Made by a program: the position numbers and the translations under genes | Assembly (NCBI GenBank): GCA_043228905.1 | Contig: JBHGNT010001044.1 | Span: 1-12,669 of the forward strand | Direction: 5' to 3' | Source: Azolla caroliniana | Taxonomy: Eukaryota; Plantae; Polypodiophyta | Length of the DNA stretch: 12,669 nucleotides | Notes under the pieces: generated by a model | Database searches by the model: none | Told to the model about the DNA's origin: nothing | What the model saw: only the letters and a program-made list of their open reading frames with translations | Shown: piece after piece, positions 10,272 through 12,669 of the stretch | Numbering within the stretch: the first letter of the stretch is position 1 | How the letters are laid out: the number at the start of each line of letters is the position of its first letter

Positions 10272-10920
10272 ATATACATACATACATACATACATACATA
10301 CATACATACAATGATACATACATACATACATACATACATACATACATACATACATACATACATACACACATACATACATACATGCATAGAGACATAGAGA
10401 TAGAATGTATATACATATGTATGTATGTATGTATACATTACATACATCACATACATACATACATACATAGAGATAGAATGTATATATGTATTATGATTTA
10501 TGTATATATGTATGTATTCTGTATACATGCATGCATGCATGCATACATAGAGATTGAATGTATATATGTACATATGTGTTTTGTATACATACATCCATGC
10601 ATGCATGCATGCATACATACATACATTTTCTTCATGAAGAAGCTTACAGAAGCAGCAAAAGAAGGCTCTCTCTCTTACATCACATACATACATACATACA
10701 TAGAGATAGAATGTATATATGTATTATGATTTATGTATATATGTATGTATTCTGTATACATGCATGCATGCATGCATACATAGAGATTGAATGTATATAT
10801 GTATGTGTTTTGTATACATACATCCATGCATGCATGCATGCATACATACATACATACATACATACATACATTTTCTTCATGAAGAAGCTTACAGAAGCAG
10901 CAAAAGAAGGCTCTCTCTCT
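10272..10920. repeat. (CATA)n microsatellite complex including a ~233-245 bp tandem duplication
   Basis: (CATA)n run at ~10275-10382. Duplicated units 10443-10675 and 10676-10920 both start TACATCAC and end GAAGCAGCAAAAGAAGGCTCTCTCTCT. Confidence 0.92.
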
Positions 10921-11047
10921 TTGTATTTGTATTTTGTATTTTGTATTGTACTCATCTTCCTCTGATCATGAATTTACATCTATATTTATGACTTCAGCTC
11001 AAGGCCACACAAAAACCACACATACATTCTAAAACAGACTAATCTGC

Positions 11048-11071
11048 CTCTCTCTCTCTCTCTCTCTCTCT
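11048..11071 (+). repeat. (CT)n microsatellite, probable 5'UTR/core-promoter region of the kinase gene
   Basis: About 12 CT units ~250 bp upstream of the ATG; such tracts are common near plant transcription starts. Confidence 0.8.
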
Positions 11072-11311
11072 TTCTCTGATTCTAATGTTAATCATATTTG
11101 CTTCTTCATTTCCAATGATAACAGAGCACTCTGCAAACAGATCAAAGTATGGTAAACAGAGAGCTTCTATTGGTACCCTGCAGACCCTATTGAGCTTTTC
11201 CTCTTTTTGTTTTGATTCAGCTATGGATTCTGTAGGGGTTATACAGGGATACTGGAAGAACATATAAATATACAGAAAGATTGAAAGAGAGAGAGAGACA
11301 GAGAGAAAGAT

Positions 11312-11768
11312 ATGGACAGAAAATCTAGTAGTGGGGGAGCTTCTTCCCCTGTTCAATTGCCATCATTACCTGCAAATCCTTCCATAACCATACCTGCATT
11401 GCCCTCTGATCCTTCCATAACTCTACCAGCCCTCCCACCTTACCCTAGATCTCTCCCAAGAAACCACCCCAATATGACTGTCAATCTGCCCAATTCCTCC
11501 AACAATTCCTCCCTCGGCAATGGCGATCCTTCTGGCTATGCAGGGAACAGAGCAAGCGGCCATGGTGCAGCATCTTCACACCTAACCCTAATCTCTGTCC
11601 TGGGTGTCCTTGTCACTGTCACGGCCCTCACCCTGGTTTCATTGCTTGTGTTCCTCATCAGGAGGCAGAGGAAGCAATTGGCGAAGAATGTGGAAGCGCC
11701 TCATGGTTACATCAATCACAAGGATGTCCTTCAAAGCCCTAAGAACCCACTCAGGAAATGGCTCAGAG
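11312..11768 (+). CDS. Receptor-like kinase coding exon 1 (Pro/Ser-rich N-terminus, single TM helix, juxtamembrane)
   Basis: ATG 11312 follows an in-frame TGA (11282-11284). TM helix LTLISVLGVLVTVTALTLVSLLVFLI (11582-11659) is followed by basic RRQRK. Donor AG|GTCAGT at 11768/11769 (phase 1) joins exon 2 in frame to give KWLRD-STTFRRFSY. Confidence 0.82.
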
Positions 11769-12363
11769 GTCAGTCTCTCCCCTATAAATCTGGGCCATTG
11801 GGGATTAGCGAATTAGTTTTGAGTAATCAGGAGTTTTAGGATCTGAGGTCTCGTATAGTAATGTTGTAGGGATTGTGTATTAAGGTTTAGGGTCAGGTTT
11901 TAGGTCTTATGGAGTAGCATTTAGGGTTTAATTGTATAGCTTCTGGATTTAGTACAAGGTTTTAGGAGCTTAAGGTTTAAGTACCAGATATTTTTTTGCG
12001 GTATAGGGTTTATAGTGCTAGGGTATATGGATGACCATTTTCGAATCAAGCTAGGGTTTATAGTTCTAGGGTATATGGATAACCATTTTCGAATCAAGTT
12101 AGGGTTTATAGTGCTAGGGTATGTGGATAACCATTTACGAATCAAGCTAGGGTTTATAGTTCTAGGGTATATGGATAACCATTTTCGAATCAAGCTAGGG
12201 TTTATAGTGCTAGGGTATATGGATAACCATTTACCAATCAAGCTAGGGTTTATAGTTCTAGGGTCTATGGATAACCATTTTCGAATCAAGCTAGGGTTTA
12301 TAGTGCTGGATTTCTGGTTCCAATCGAAGAATTGGGTCATTGATGCTCTGTTTTTTGTCACAG
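11769..12363 (+). other. Intron 1 of the kinase gene (595 bp, GT-AG, phase 1)
   Basis: GTCAGT donor and TTTTTTGTCACAG acceptor; splicing keeps the reading frame. Confidence 0.8.
12004..12307. repeat. 48-bp intronic minisatellite, ~6.3 copies, each with a telo-box (TAGGGTTT)
   Basis: Units start at 12004, 12052, 12100, 12148, 12196, 12244 and 12292 (partial). Consensus TAGGGTTTATAGT(G/T)CTAGGGTATATGGATAACCATTTTCGAATCAAGC. Confidence 0.95.
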
Positions 12364-12622
12364 ATTCGACTACATTCCGGCGATTCAGCTACTCGGAGAT
12401 CCAGAAATCTACTGATAATTTCAGCACTATCATAGGGAAGGGGGGCTTTGGAACTGTATACAAAGCTCACTTTGCGGATGGCCTTGTCGCGGCTGTGAAG
12501 AGAATGTACAGGGTTTCGAGGCAAAGAGAGAAGGAGTTCTGCAAAGAGATGGAGTTTCTCGGTCGCCTCCATCACCGGCATCTTGTAACGTTGCGAGGAT
12601 TCTGCATCACCAAGACTGAGAG
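12364..12622 (+). CDS. Receptor-like kinase coding exon 2 (kinase subdomains I-IV), At1g49730/At3g19300 (URK-I)-like; gene continues off the right edge
   Basis: STTFRRFSYSEIQKSTDNFSTIIGKGGFGTVYKAHFADGLVAAVKRM...EFCKEMEFLGRLHHRHLVTLRGFC shows the GxGGFG loop, AVK lysine, helix-C Glu and the RLK/Pelle HRHLV motif. Phase-2 donor AG|GTAC at 12622/12623 is at a typical RLK intron position. Subfamily is by recalled similarity. Confidence 0.92.
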
Positions 12623-12669
12623 GTACCAAGGCTATTAACCTACAAGAAGAAAGCTTTTTATTATGGGTT

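Noticed and set aside
10053-10991. Overlapping MYVC/HTYI ORFs on both strands
   Set aside because: Stop-free (CATA)n/(TATG)n repeats; not credible proteins.
11769-11839. C-terminal tail of the 175-aa ORF (GQSLPYK...)
   Set aside because: Read-through into intron 1 past the GTCAGT donor.
12004-12307. Regular repeat array as a possible CRISPR
   Set aside because: Units are contiguous with no unique spacers, there are no cas genes, and the context is a eukaryotic intron.
11921-12361. 146-aa minus-strand repetitive ORF
   Set aside because: Antisense reading of the 48-bp repeat; no independent support.
12015-12638. 207-aa ORF as a standalone gene
   Set aside because: The N-terminal half is translated minisatellite; kinase similarity begins at the acceptor at 12363 and ends at the donor at 12623.

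Overview
Plant genomic DNA, probably from a non-seed plant (an inference). The left end (1-2494) is the 3' part of a Ty3/Gypsy chromovirus LTR retrotransposon: RNase H, integrase, chromodomain, PPT and a ~354-bp 3' LTR. It is inactivated by two C>T-type nonsense codons, a 103-bp triplication and a 17-bp duplication. The middle (~2.5-10.2 kb) is AT-rich intergenic DNA with microsatellites, poly-G tracts and small tandem repeats, and contains no gene I can support. The right end holds the first two coding exons of a receptor-like kinase whose kinase domain resembles Arabidopsis At1g49730/At3g19300 (URK-I type). It has a short Pro/Ser-rich N-terminus with no signal peptide, and intron 1 carries a 48-bp telo-box minisatellite. 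I see no clear new multi-gene system; the best leads are the kinase architecture, its intronic minisatellite and cis-element cluster, and the fungal-like (Tcn1-type) retroelement.
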